A stretch of DNA of 34,904 nucleotides from Octopus bimaculoides (Eukaryota): the NCBI RefSeq assembly GCF_001194135.2, contig NC_068986.1, positions 40,008,427 to 40,043,330 on the forward strand. The letters are read 5' to 3'. The notes under the pieces are model-generated. The model did no database searches. It was not told where the DNA came from and saw only the letters and a program-made list of their open reading frames with translations. Below, piece by piece: positions 1 through 12,412 of this stretch. How positions within the stretch are numbered: position 1 is the stretch's first letter; each line of letters opens with the position of its first letter. A program made the position numbers and the translations under genes.

Positions 1-50
<50 letters not shown>
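1..50. repeat. (TG)n microsatellite
   Basis: Perfect TG run. Confidence 0.98.
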
Positions 51-52
<2 letters not shown>

Positions 53-410
53 GCGTATGGATGAGGATAGCTGTGTGAAAAAGTGTCACACTCTAGCAGT
101 AGAGGAAACATGTGGAAGAGATAGACCCGGGAAGATCTGGAATGAGGTGTTGAAGCATGACCTTCGAACGTTGGGCCTCACTGAGGTGATAACAAGGGAC
201 CGAGACCTTTGGAGATGTGCTGTACTTGAGAAGACCCAGCAAGCCACATGAGACCGTAACCGTGGCCTATGCCTGTGCAGCATAACCAGCCCATTTAAGA
301 ATACCCTTCAAGCATTGGGCAACAAACTGCACTTGTGAAGACTTGGTGAGGCAAGTGAAGTTGTCATCCTGCCCGATGACAGTACCGCCTGATTGGCACC
401 CATGTAGGAT
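51..410 (+). mobile_element. RTE-clade LINE 3' end (ORF2 C-terminus to 251, then 3' UTR), 5'-truncated
   Basis: Translation LRMDEDSCVKK..GRDRPGKIWNEVLKHDLRTLGLTE..RDRDLWR matches the typical RTE C-terminal pattern (RM..R..K..GRP.K.W...V..DL..LGL.....DR..WR). 3' extent approximate. Confidence 0.75.
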
Positions 411-449
411 ATACACTCATACACATATGTATGTATGCATTTATATATA

Positions 450-1690
450 CAGGGTACATAAGATATTTGAGGACATACTGTTTTGGGGTCATTGCTGTAT
501 TTTTTGCTAACTCTGTATAATCTTCGTTTCAGAAAATAATAATGGCAGACCCTAAGCTTACTCAAGAAATGAAGAGGCATGCTGTTATTGTGGCTATAAA
601 GGCTGGGCAAAACAATTTAGAAATATCTCAATTTTTAGAAGTTGTCTACAAAGTTTGTAAGGAGCTAGAAACTAAAGATGGAAATGTATCACCAGTATCA
701 AAGCATAAAAAGCATTCTAAACACTCTTAAATCATCAGAACACCTGAATTTATCCAGCATTTTCAACAGACCAACCCCAGAAATTACATAAGGTCAATTG
801 TAAAAGTTCTCCATATGTCAGAAGGAATAGTCAGAAATGTTATCCATGAAACATCAGATATAAGTCTTATATGATGAGGAAAGGTTAGTTCGCCAGAAAA
901 AGCAAAAGAAAATCACGACATCATATCTAAAAGGTTCTTAAACAAACTGAAAAAAATCCAGCAGAAGATCTGATTTGGTTTTTCTCAAATATGAAAAACT
1001 TTGACCAAGATCAAAAAGTTAACAGAAGAAATGACAGATGATTATGTGTAGACCCTTCTGAAGTTCCAAGTGTTATGCATACAAAATTTCCTGCAACTGT
1101 CATGGTTTTAGTGGTTGTCAGCAATGAAGGACATGTAATGCCTCCTTACTTCTTTCCACAAGGCCTTAGAGTTAACTCTGCCGCATACATTGAGGTTCTT
1201 GAAATAATTGTTAAGCTCTGGATAGACAGTGTATGCAATGGAAGGCCATATGTGTTTCAGTTAGACTCTGCACTATCACACATGGTTCTAGTAACACAGG
1301 AATGGATGACTGAAAATATTCATGATCACATAACCCCTAACATTTGGTCTCCTAATACCCCAGATTTCAATCCATTGGACTATTACATGTGGAGCATTGT
1401 TGAGAGAGAGGTCAAAGAACATGCCCATAACACCAAAGATTCTTTGAAAGCTGCCATAGTCAGAGTAATATCCAAAATGAACCAGGACCACTTGATATGA
1501 GCATGTAAATGATTTAGATATCACATAGAAGCAGTTGTTGAAGCTGAAGGTGGTTTTATTGAATAACATTATAGAAAAGAAGGTTTATTTTTATCCTCAT
1601 TGGATTTTTTTATAAATACATATTTGTTATTATATATCTGTCTTCTTTTTTATAAACATAAATCTATCCTCAAATATCTTACGCACCCTG
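450..1690 (+). mobile_element. Full-length Tc1/mariner element, maT (DD37D) family, inactivated
   Basis: 24-bp TIRs: CAGGGTACATAAGATATTTGAGGA (450-473) and 1667-1690, 22/24 match. TA at 448-449 and 1691-1692. Length 1241 bp. Confidence 0.93.
542..1560 (+). pseudogene. maT/DD37D transposase pseudogene
   Basis: MADPKLTQEMKRHAV.. N-terminus. Catalytic region FQLDSALSH...WSPNTPDFNPLDYYMW has 37 residues between the 2nd and 3rd Asp positions. The first-Asp motif is degenerate (FFSNMKNFDQD). Multiple stops and frameshifts. Confidence 0.88.
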
Positions 1691-1693
1691 TAG

Positions 1694-1695
<2 letters not shown>

Positions 1696-1745
<50 letters not shown>
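1696..1745. repeat. (CA)n(TA)n microsatellite
   Basis: Direct reading. Confidence 0.95.
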
Positions 1746-2120
1746 TTAGACAGAGAGGTGTATGGATATGACTTTATATAAATACATACATGCATATATA
1801 CGTACGTATGTACATACATACATACGCCCCTCACACGCAAAGATTCATCTTTCCCGTTGGATCATTAATTACTTTGAATTAATTTCATAGAATAAGTCTT
1901 AAGTGTTTTGCGATAGATAACATCCTCTAGCTAATTAGCCCATTAACCTAATTAACAATATTATGTATAATAGTTCAACAATGTTTTAACTAACATCAGT
2001 TATTTTAGAAACAAGAAACTTGCTAAATGATTCAGTCTTATCAATACCGCAATGCTGTCTCTTCTTTATATCATACTACAGTCACTAATCTCACTAATTA
2101 TTAATAACTGGATTAATACT

Positions 2121-2352
2121 CTTTTACTCCTTTACTTGTTTCAGTCATTTGACTGTGGCCATGCTGGAGCATCGCCTTTAGTCGAGCAAATTGACCCCAG
2201 GACTTATTCTTTGTAAGTCTAGTACTTATTCTATCGGTCTCTTTTGCCGAACTGCTAAGTTACGGGGACGTAAACACACCAGCATCAGTTGTCAAGTGAT
2301 GTTGGGGGACAAACACAGGCACACAAACATATACACATACATACATATATAT
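2121..2352 (-). mobile_element. SINE family A, 3' half (cut by assembly gap)
   Basis: Near-identical to 32405-32640 and the reverse complement of 34110-34296. Confidence 0.9.
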
Positions 2353-2704
2353 NNNNNNNNNNNNNNNNNNNNNNNNNNNNNNNNNNNNNNNNNNNNNNNN
2401 NNNNNNNNNNNNNNNNNNNNNNNNNNNNNNNNNNNNNNNNNNNNNNNNNNNNNNNNNNNNNNNNNNNNNNNNNNNNNNNNNNNNNNNNNNNNNNNNNNNN
2501 NNNNNNNNNNNNNNNNNNNNNNNNNNNNNNNNNNNNNNNNNNNNNNNNNNNNNNNNNNNNNNNNNNNNNNNNNNNNNNNNNNNNNNNNNNNNNNNNNNNN
2601 NNNNNNNNNNNNNNNNNNNNNNNNNNNNNNNNNNNNNNNNNNNNNNNNNNNNNNNNNNNNNNNNNNNNNNNNNNNNNNNNNNNNNNNNNNNNNNNNNNNN
2701 NNNN
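2353..2704. other. Assembly gap (N)
   Basis: N run. Confidence 1.
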
Positions 2705-2972
2705 GAAGGTTACAAAAGGCTTTGTCCGAAAAGGTAGGAAAGTTCGTCTAAACAGAGGAAGAAAACGGAGAAAGATATAATAAATAAATAGATAAATAAA
2801 TAGATAAATAAATAAGTAGAACTCCCAAAGGGGGAGGCGCTTCGAAAAAGGAAAGGTTACACGTGGGAAAAGCCATAAAACCACGGGAGCCTGGTCAGAA
2901 AAAATAAGAAAGGGGTATAGACCCTTTCTCCTTTTACATTACCTTTTTTTTTTTCTACAGGTGTATTCTCAG
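2705..2972 (-). mobile_element. Antisense copy of the Tx1/L1-clade LINE 3' UTR
   Basis: Reverse complement aligns to 11650-11875 (e.g. ctgaccaggctcccgtgg, ttcgaagcgcc, tttgtaaccttc). Confidence 0.85.
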
Positions 2973-3079
2973 AATTGGTCCGTTTATACTGGCCATTCTT
3001 CCAACAGTCACCCATCTTTCAACGAATTTGCTATGAGACAGCACTTCCCTCTCTACTCTCAAATAATAATAATAATGAT

Positions 3080-3298
3080 AATGGTTTCAAATATTGCCAC
3101 AAAGGCAGACATCTTGAGGGAGGTGGGGTTGTGTCAATTACATCGACCCCAGTGTTTAACTGGTACTTATTTTATCGATCCTGGAAGGATGAAAGGCAAA
3201 GTTGACCTCAGCAAAATTTGAACTCAGAACGGAGCAACGGGCAAAATGCCACTAAGTATTTCGGCCAGCATGCTAATGATTCTGCCAGCTCACCACCT
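3080..3298 (-). mobile_element. SINE family B (tRNA-like head, central gtcgactttgcctttcatcc..ataagtacc domain)
   Basis: Reverse complement of the 18185-18417 type element; flanked by (AAT)n. Confidence 0.88.
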
Positions 3299-3315
3299 AA
3301 ATAATAATAATAATG

Positions 3316-3357
<42 letters not shown>

Positions 3358-3359
<2 letters not shown>

Positions 3360-3573
3360 CCTTTCTACTAAAGGCACAAGGCCTGAAATTTTGTGGGGAG
3401 GGGACTAGTCAACTTACATCAACCCCAGTGTTTCACTGGTACTTAATTTATTGATTCCAAAAGGATGAAAGGCAAAGTCAACCTCTGCAGAATTTGAACT
3501 CAGAATGTAAAAACAGTCGAAACACCACCAGGCATTTCACGTGGCATGTTAATGATTCCACAAGCTCACCACT
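3358..3573 (-). mobile_element. SINE family B, second tandem copy
   Basis: Same domains as the previous copy with a different tail; (AAT)n on both sides. Confidence 0.88.
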
Positions 3574-3616
3574 GTAATAATAATAATAATGATAATAATA
3601 ATAATAATGATAATAA

Positions 3617-3850
3617 TAATTGGTGCATTGGGAACAGAAAGCCAAGATATGGACAAATGGCTGAAGGATATTGAAATAAATTGCCTGGTAGAGCTCCTAC
3701 AGAAAGCTTGTCTCTTAGGAGTAGCAAGGATTATCAGGAGGGTTCTAAGCACTTGAAAGACTGCTGAGATCTTGTGGACACCTAAGGTTACGAGTAACTC
3801 CCTACCCACATAAATCTTATCAGGAATAAGACCAAACCTGAGCCAAACCA
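3617..3850 (+). mobile_element. RLE-type (R4/Dong-like) non-LTR retrotransposon 3' end, subfamily 1a
   Basis: IIGALGTESQDMDKWLKDIEINCLVELLQKACLLGVARIIRRVLST* is a typical RLE-element C-terminus. 3' UTR matches 32047-32132. Confidence 0.85.
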
Positions 3851-3864
3851 ATAATAATAATAAT

Positions 3865-3920
<56 letters not shown>

Positions 3921-3940
3921 TGACGATGATGATGATAATA
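3851..3940. repeat. (AAT)n/(GAT)n microsatellite
   Basis: Direct reading. Confidence 0.97.
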
Positions 3941-4041
3941 CTCTGGATGGTGCTCGAAAAATAAGGGTTGTTACCTTAATTCACTGGTAGTGAACAGCTG
4001 GCACTGTAGTACATCTCCAGTGTTAGAAGCTGCGCAAAGGC

Positions 4042-4472
<431 letters not shown>

Positions 4473-4512
4473 AATAATAATAATAATAATAATAATATTA
4501 ATAATAATAATG

Positions 4513-4577
<65 letters not shown>
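4473..4577. repeat. (AAT)n microsatellite
   Basis: Direct reading. Confidence 0.97.
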
Positions 4578-4578
<1 letters not shown>

Positions 4579-4579
4579 T

Positions 4580-5685
4580 ACATCAAAGTGAAGTTGGAAG
4601 AGACCTTATACAATCAGAAAACTATTATAAAATAACCACCATAGGATTACAGAAATATCTAATTCAGAAGCAAGGAAAACTGGTACAAATAGCCACAAAA
4701 CATGGGCAAAACAAAAAACTGTTTTCTGTCTAAGTAAGCTGAAAAATAAAGGAAAGAAGTCATAGTAACTGACAACTATGAAGAAAAAGAGGAAACAACA
4801 AAAGCTGTAAAACGACTGAAATCCAAACTAAAACTGGAACAACAAAATATCATGCTAAAATGATGGCAAGAAAAGCCCTGACATGGCAAATACTGGGATA
4901 TACTAAACAGGACAGAAATGGACAAAGTAAAATGCCAAAAATGGTTGAGAAGCTCAGGAACCAAAGTAGAAACTGAAAGATTATAATTTCAGCACAAGAT
5001 CAAAGCCATAATGAAGAGAAATACAAATAACTGCAGAAGAAACAATAAATCATATTGTCTCTGGCTGCCCAGTCCTGGCTAAGAATGAATATATTCACAG
5101 ACATGAGAGAGTTGGGACCCATATACACTGGAAGCTATGCCAACACTATGAAATGACAACAGAAAAAAGATGGTATAGGCACACCCCAGAAAAGGTCACA
5201 GAAAATGAGAAAGCAACCATACTCTGGGATATGCCAATACACACAGATAGAGAAAGCAAGGCTAATAGGCCAGATATAGTTGTCAGAGATCATCGAGAAA
5301 AGAAATACCTTCTAATTAATGTATCAATCCCAACAGATAACAATGTGTCTCTAAAAGAAATGGTGAAACACTCAAAATACAAAGATCTGGAAATTGAGAT
5401 AACCTGAGCGTGGAGCCTAAAAACAGAAACAATCCCGATAATAATTGGTGCATTCGGTATGATTAAAAAACACACAAACACATGACCAAAACACCAGGAC
5501 TTACTAATATATATAACATACAGAAAATAGCACTACTAGGCACCACACATGTCCTATGTATATCACTTTCAATTCAGTGAAAATAAGAGCACAACAAACC
5601 ACTGCACATACCTAAAGCACACAGAGCTGTGCTCGGAAGTGCAGTGAAAGCACACGTGATCAAAATAAGACAAGTGAAAAATAGT
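4580..5685 (+). mobile_element. RLE-type (R4/Dong-like) non-LTR retrotransposon 3' portion, subfamily 1c, decayed
   Basis: ..WLRSSGTKVETE..ISAQDQ; EETINHIVSGCPVLAKNEYIHRHERVG (zinc-knuckle remnant plus RH); ILWDMPIHTDRESKANRPDIVV..SIPTDNNVSLKE..KYKDLEIEI (PD-(D/E)xK restriction-like endonuclease); IIIGAFG..IQKIALLGTTHVL. Confidence 0.92.
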
Positions 5686-5689
5686 TATA

Positions 5690-6190
5690 ATGAATTCTTT
5701 TATTGGCCACAAGGACCAAAGACATGGAAGACAGCATCAAAGGATGAATTACAACATACAAAAACTAAAACAAAAGCCAAAAGAAAACAAAAACAGTTGG
5801 GGTTTACATCAACCAAAAGGAGTCACAACCACATTAAAAGACACGACAAAACATATATAAAAGAAATTAGAGAAATATTTCACGTTGCTCCAGTCCAGTC
5901 TGCTGTAAATGGGAAGTCTTATAATGGATTAGCGTACAGGGGTGTGATGGTGACACTGGAAAATCACTGGAACAGAGGACTTGCGAACGAAAGGATGAAT
6001 AAAATAACACGTACTGTGAATCCCGAATGGCTGGGATTGGTTGTTCAACCACGTCGAACAGTGATTGATTGATTGGCATTTTTACCCAACCGTTCCTCTT
6101 CTGAGAATCGAATGATGGAGCTAGCGCATTATTGTGCCAGCACCTGTAGTTTTAGAATCCAATTCAGCTGCCTGCTTCCCATTACATTTT
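5690..6190 (-). mobile_element. Old Tx1-like LINE 3' end (extent uncertain)
   Basis: Reverse complement of 5690-5720 reads gtccttgtggccaataaaagaatt, the same terminus as 11905-11935. Upstream sequence is degenerate. Confidence 0.5.
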
Positions 6191-6329
6191 AACTACGCAA
6201 ATATAAATTTATATGACACAAACATTTAACGTTACCAACAACAACAATAATATAACAACGTCCATAACACCACAACAGTAACAGTAACAACATTAGTTTT
6301 TGTTGCTTGAGTAATTAGTTGGACAAAAA

Positions 6330-7180
6330 CAACCTGGCACAGTATGTCACGAAAAAAGTCACACATTAGATATGTTAATAGAGACGTTGACCATTGGTTG
6401 TCGCCTTTGTGGCAATATATGCGCAGGTGGTGAGGATGGAGGTGCCCGGCAATGACATTTTGTTGGTTTGAGATTTATATGGATATACGAGTCCTAATGA
6501 TACCCTAAGACCAAAAATCTACTCCAGAGCTACATTTCATTGTGAACGGAAAAAGAAAATCAATAAAACTGGCGTTGTAGGACAAAAATCTCGACTGTTC
6601 CATGTTTGGAAATAATAAGAGCCATTTCTGGATTTTCTGTCCAGAGGAGCTTAAAAGATACGGTAGAGGAGAAAGTGAACAACAACACAATTAACAACAG
6701 CAGGTTATAGAAGCTGTTATTTTCAGTTGCACCACGGGTTATTGTAGCTCAAAGGATAACGAAACAAATCGTCTCATTCCCAGTGTCAGATATGGATGAT
6801 CAGAGCTTCTATGGCCAGTCGATGACCAAAGATCCCATGTGAAACAACTGGACCCAACCAGCCGTATCATCCTATCGTCTGAGGAAGATATAGAGAAGGA
6901 ACAAAGCTGGCATACTGTTCGACACAGAAGGAAGGTAAAAGAATCACTAGAAAAAACCGAATCTAAACAAAAATCGAGTAGGGCGTACGAAGAGAAACCA
7001 AACAAGATACTAATGGACGAAAAATAAGAGCTCTAAGATTGAAGAAAAGAAAAACAATGTGGATCTTCGAAAAAATGAGCTTTGATTATGTAAAGTTTTT
7101 AAGAAATAGACAGCAGGTGAAGACCACATTACAAGGTTATGGTCTGTTAAACACTAACCACCAAGAATAAATAATTTCTA
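6330..7180 (+). pseudogene. Possible decayed LINE ORF1 (gag-like) remnant
   Basis: Degenerate knuckle-like CSMFGNNKSHFWIFCP at ~6596-6643 and basic WHTVRHRRK at ~6907-6933. Many stops. Confidence 0.35.
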
Positions 7181-7281
7181 AGCCACTCCGATATTGGAAG
7201 TAGTTAGAGGCACCATAAATACTAAACATTTTGAATACCTGGATGCAGAGGCGGCAGCGGAGGCGGCGACGGAGGCGGAGG

Positions 7282-7946
7282 NNNNNNNNNNNNNNNNNNN
7301 NNNNNNNNNNNNNNNNNNNNNNNNNNNNNNNNNNNNNNNNNNNNNNNNNNNNNNNNNNNNNNNNNNNNNNNNNNNNNNNNNNNNNNNNNNNNNNNNNNNN
7401 NNNNNNNNNNNNNNNNNNNNNNNNNNNNNNNNNNNNNNNNNNNNNNNNNNNNNNNNNNNNNNNNNNNNNNNNNNNNNNNNNNNNNNNNNNNNNNNNNNNN
7501 NNNNNNNNNNNNNNNNNNNNNNNNNNNNNNNNNNNNNNNNNNNNNNNNNNNNNNNNNNNNNNNNNNNNNNNNNNNNNNNNNNNNNNNNNNNNNNNNNNNN
7601 NNNNNNNNNNNNNNNNNNNNNNNNNNNNNNNNNNNNNNNNNNNNNNNNNNNNNNNNNNNNNNNNNNNNNNNNNNNNNNNNNNNNNNNNNNNNNNNNNNNN
7701 NNNNNNNNNNNNNNNNNNNNNNNNNNNNNNNNNNNNNNNNNNNNNNNNNNNNNNNNNNNNNNNNNNNNNNNNNNNNNNNNNNNNNNNNNNNNNNNNNNNN
7801 NNNNNNNNNNNNNNNNNNNNNNNNNNNNNNNNNNNNNNNNNNNNNNNNNNNNNNNNNNNNNNNNNNNNNNNNNNNNNNNNNNNNNNNNNNNNNNNNNNNN
7901 NNNNNNNNNNNNNNNNNNNNNNNNNNNNNNNNNNNNNNNNNNNNNN
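7282..7946. other. Assembly gap (N)
   Basis: N run, preceded by a GGCGG(A/C)-rich low-complexity tract. Confidence 1.
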
Positions 7947-8179
7947 GCACTTTTAAAGGGGCGGCACTTTTCATCCTGTTGTAGGCTATAAGCCAAAATA
8001 GATTATATTGAAATAGTACGGTATACGATAATTCTGGATATCATGAAAAAAAAAAAAACACTGGAAATGCACACGACTTTTGGGTCTGCTGTAGGCAATA
8101 TGCGTTTTTTTTTTTGTGGGGTCCGGGGACAGTAAATGGAAGGGCCGCCCTGGGTGGCATACACTCTAGCTACGCTAGT
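7947..8179 (+). mobile_element. Non-autonomous TIR element (MITE), right part
   Basis: Ends cacactctagctacgctagt, the reverse complement of the cagtagcgtagctag terminus at 28326. Internal ttttaaaggggcggcactttt resembles 28145-28165. Confidence 0.65.
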
Positions 8180-10029
8180 AACTTGAACGTTGCGTCTCAG
8201 GCAACCAAGAGGACAGTGAGCGATCGTCGACAAGGCGCTCGTTCAACTTGCTAGAAATAGCTTCCAACTCTTCCTTAACACTGCCGTCTCATAAATCCTT
8301 AAAAACAAAACAAGATGGTTACAGTTGGAGCATCATTGATAAAAGGTCTGCTTGATTTAAAGTTCACTTAGGAGACGCCTAGATAACAGTAACAACAACA
8401 ACAGCAATTATCAGCTTACTAGGCTATTCAAGTTGATATGTTGGACATTTCTAACAATTTTGAAGATATGGTATGAAAACTTGGGAGTTTGGTGATATAT
8501 CTTGTGGAAGAAATGAATTTAATGTTTAGCGTGAAATGTTTTCACATTAGTTTGTCAAGAATAACTTTTATCAGTTGAATTACCTAAGAATTTCAGAGCA
8601 GGTTTCTGCTCTAAGAACGTTCGTGTGTGTGTGTGTGTATTTCTATGTAAGTATGTGCATGTATAAGTCCATGCATGAATAAGGAAAATAAAAGAAGAAA
8701 CTAGTGGATATCAGGAAGGATGTATGATATTTTTATTGCCAATCTAGACGATAATGATGCAATATCATATTTCACCACTACTAAAGTAGGGATCTGTTGA
8801 AGAATGTTGTGTTGCAGAGTTCGACGTAATGTACGATGGTAAGTTTGACAAAACAAATCGCAGAAAAGCCTGATGAAGTGATTTACCATCAGGGAGACAT
8901 TGTGGCTGGTTGTACAAAATTCCTTCTGCAAGAATTTCTTTATTACTCCTCGGCTTCATGAATACCATGAAGTTAATCCAAGTGGGGTTTATTTTAGGAC
9001 AATCGAACTCAAAACCACAATAATTAATGAACTTTAATCCTCAAAAGCTCTGAGATAACCCTAGAACACATAGTGCAAACAGCACATACGCATGTAAGCA
9101 TTGCACCCTCTAAAGTATACTGCAGACAAGGATTAAGTAATACATGTGTAAAAAAAAAGAAGAAAAGATGGAAAGTAATAAAAACCGACTCTCTTTTCCT
9201 CTCTGTGTTATAATTAATGAATTAATATCAGATTAATTAACAAATAATTTCTTTAAATCGTTCGTGATGTCGTTACTTGTAATCGTCTGCATTGCTGTAA
9301 TATAAGTAATTGTAGCCTAGGATCTTTTCATATCCGGGTCATGTAAATGATACTCTTACTTTAAGTTAATACCAAATGACTGAAGAACACCATAATTTCG
9401 TTTCAATTTCTGATAATTGATTTAGTTAAATATGTTTGACAACTTTACAACTTGGATAATCTAACATTAAATTTAATTAGCCTGTTGATGAAGTAAACCC
9501 GTTTATACGGAATAAAGAAATACTCTAGTCAACAACTTCATAATAATGCATCAACTATAGATCCAATTTCACATGCACCAAACCATAGTTTTTTCACGTT
9601 AAGTTAATTATGATTAAGGATAATCACAATGAGTGGTCTACGTTGGCAAGAATTCTGATTGAAATAAAACATTAACAAAAAAAAGGCTGTTTGGCAGCGT
9701 GGCGTGAGATAAAGCAGGAACAAACATTGCTGTGTGAGGCCTTATATTGGTAAAGCTAGGCCACACCTAAAACATTAGATTACACTTCATCTTATGTGAA
9801 CCTAAACATACACTAGAGTTTCTATTCGGATTAAGTACGGAAGGCTAGTTGTAGGTTTTGTTTATTTATTGATAGGTATGGAAGTTTAGATTTTATTTAT
9901 ATAGTAGCTAAAGAGTTTTCTCTTCAAAAGTGAAGTAAAAATCGGCATAGTAGGATAGGAATTTCAGAATGGATGAGCCGTCCCCGTAGAAACGAAGAAA
10001 AATGAAAAATGTTATAAATAACAAAAGTC

Positions 10030-10260
10030 TGAACTGAAAACCTGCTTAGAAAACATCGAGTAGATGACCCAACAGAAGGAGTTTCTACATTGTCATTCAA
10101 CCTGCTTGAAAAAATATCAAACTATCCCTCAGATCATACCCTACTATCTTAAAAAGAGAAAGAAATATTGAATGATGTAGTCCCAATTACAATGCCTAAG
10201 ATGAAGACGGAAAACTGTGGATGAAATGTCTTTGATCGTAAGCATGTTTATGCAGAGCTC
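10030..10260 (+). repeat. Degenerate interspersed repeat family C
   Basis: ttcaacctgct(a/t)gaaa..ccctca(a/g)atcacaccct motif recurs at ~8245-8290, 19490-19620, 22478-22515 and (minus) 28500-28535. Confidence 0.5.
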
Positions 10261-10303
10261 AAACCTTGTACAAATTGCATTTTAATATGGCTGGTCTCGG
10301 TGT

Positions 10304-10528
10304 AAAGAGGCAAGCTGGTAGAATCGTCACTTCACTGGGCAAAATGCTTAGCGGCATTTCGTCCGCCTTTACGTTCAGAGTTCAAATTCGGTCGAGCTCA
10401 ACTTTGTCTTTCATTCTTATGGGTCGATAAAATAAGTACCAATTGTGCACTGGGGCTGATGAAATCGACTTAACCCCTCCCCCGAACTTGCTGGCCTTGT
10501 GCCAAAATTTGAAACCATTATTACTACC
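10304..10528 (+). mobile_element. SINE family B
   Basis: A-box-like ctggtagaatcg, B-box-like gagttcaaattc, central domain, tail ccttgtgccaaaatttgaaacc(att)n. Confidence 0.88.
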
Positions 10529-10534
10529 ATTACT

Positions 10535-10770
10535 AAGGTGGTGGGCAGGCAGAATTATTAACACGTCCGGCAAAATGCTTAGTGGCATTTCGTCCGTCTT
10601 TAAATTCTGAGTTCAAATTCCACTGAGGTCGACTTTGCCTTTCATCCTTTGGGGGGGGGGGTCGATAAAATAAGTACCAGTCAAATGCTGGGGTCGATGT
10701 AATCAACTAGCCCCCTCCACTAAAACTTTAGGTGTAGTAGAAAGGATTATCATTATCATAATATTATTAC
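10535..10770 (+). mobile_element. SINE family B, tandem copy
   Basis: Same head and central domain; tail ..gtagtagaaagg(att)n. Confidence 0.88.
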
Positions 10771-10879
10771 ACTTGCTGTGGGGTACATCGGACGTGTTTT
10801 CGAACGCTCCAAGTAATTTCAGTTTAAAATATTTGTTTATACCAGTTTGGTGCCGTTTTTTCGGTTTCCATTTTGTTCC

Positions 10880-11930
10880 AAGTTGTTAATAGAAACACCA
10901 GGAATCTGTCACTGGTTTTCTGGAGGAGCTCTGCCGCTTCGAAACAAGTTCTACAGACACGGAAGTACTGTCAGACGGACCTGTCTGAAGTGTGAGCAGG
11001 GCGTTGAAACCATCCTACATGCACTCGTCCAGTAACTGTGCATTACTGACCTCTGGAGCTTTGTCGAACAGCTGTTGTCACATGTAGGACGGATCCAGTT
11101 ATCGGTCGAGCCCATTGTAAGGATCGCCCCACCGCTTTCTTTTGGCCGGCAAGAAAAGGCAGTTTTCGTCTGCCAGGTGGCTATAGCGAAAGAGGTAGTG
11201 TGGTTGACGAGGCTGAAAGGACTGTAGACAGACACTTTCCTCTTCGGCCGAGCCCTCATCGACTTTTTCAAGTTCCACTTGAAAAGGAAAGTGATGGTAG
11301 AGAAGTAAGTACTGCCCCCCCCCCAGTAATTTTGTTGAAAAGTGGGAGAATGTTGCGAAAATTGCTCGTGTGAAGGGGCCTACTCTGAATATTCGTCTGT
11401 AAGCCGGAGCAGTTGAGGAGAAGAGGGGGTGCCTACCTGGCGTGCCCGAGGCAGTCGGGGTGACTAGGATGCGTAGACTGCCCTGGTTGGCCCTGGGTAG
11501 AACTCCCTCCTTAGTGGGGAGTTTTATTGTGTAATGTTTATTTTAACTGTCCTTGTTTTTTTATTGCTTACACGTTTTCTGTTTTAAACCCCATTTGTCC
11601 CTTGTTTTGTATTGTGTCTATATGTTTTTTGTGTTCGGCCCTTGTGGCCTCTGAGAATACACCTGTAAAAAAAGGGTGATATAAAAGGAGAAAGGGCTCT
11701 ATAACCCTTTCATATTTTCTGACCAGGCTCCCGTGGCTTTTATGGGTTTTTCCACGTGTAACCTTTCGAAGCGCCCCCCTATTGGGAGTTTTATTTGTTA
11801 CACTTTTTCTATTTTCCTCACTGTTTACACGAACGTTTTCTTTTCGGATAAAACCCTTTGTAACCTTCGTCCTGTCTTTGTCCTTACGTGTTTTTTAATT
11901 TATATTAGCCCTTGTGGCCAATAAAACCAG
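10880..11930 (+). mobile_element. Tx1/L1-clade LINE 3' end (ORF2 zinc knuckle, C-terminus and 3' UTR)
   Basis: GALPLRNK..TCLKCEQGVETILHALVQ (CCHC knuckle typical of L1/Tx1 ORF2), LWSFVEQLL..AIAKEVVWLTRLKG..FFKFHLKRKV. Ends gcccttgtggccaataaaa followed by (ATT)n. Confidence 0.85.
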
Positions 11931-11932
11931 AA

Positions 11933-11949
11933 TTAATTATTATTATTAA

Positions 11950-11996
<47 letters not shown>
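11933..11996. repeat. (ATT)n microsatellite at the LINE 3' end
   Basis: Direct reading. Confidence 0.95.
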
Positions 11997-11997
<1 letters not shown>

Positions 11998-12296
11998 AAT
12001 GAAATTTCAACTTGTTAACTGCTTTATGGAATGAAATTAAGAATAAGTGGATTTTAAAATTCAATATCTCTTTTTAGCAAAAAAAAAAAAACGATCGAAC
12101 AAGATAGAAATTGTGGGCAGTGGGGTTTATCAAATAAGATATAAAATAAAAGGAAAGGAAAGGGAAACCTACCGAGGGAAAAGATTTAACGTGTCTCTAC
12201 TGAATATGTTTAAACAAAAGTAAACGACAACTAAATAATTACAACATACAAAGAGGAGTTAATAGTGCAAGTAACATAGATTTCCACCACCCCATA

Positions 12297-12358
12297 TGTC
12301 TCTCTCTCTCTCTCTCTCTTTCTCGATCTATCAATTTATCTCTCTTTCTTTCTTTCTT

Positions 12359-12412
<54 letters not shown>

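Noticed and set aside
2191-2884. Long ORFs spanning N runs (also 7178-7996, 29699-30613)
   Set aside because: Artefacts of assembly gaps translated as X.
2961-3221. Exon/ORF after a strong acceptor at 2960
   Set aside because: The acceptor belongs to the antisense LINE UTR, and the ORF runs through (AAT)n and a SINE.
8818-8838. Plus-strand 21-nt microexon (gcag|AGTTCGACGTAATGTACGATG|gtaagt)
   Set aside because: Weak pyrimidine tract, no partner exons on that strand, and no recognisable peptide.
8904-8916. 13-mer GGCTGGTTGTACA shared with ~17394-17406
   Set aside because: No flanking alignment, and exact matches of this length are expected by chance in 35 kb.
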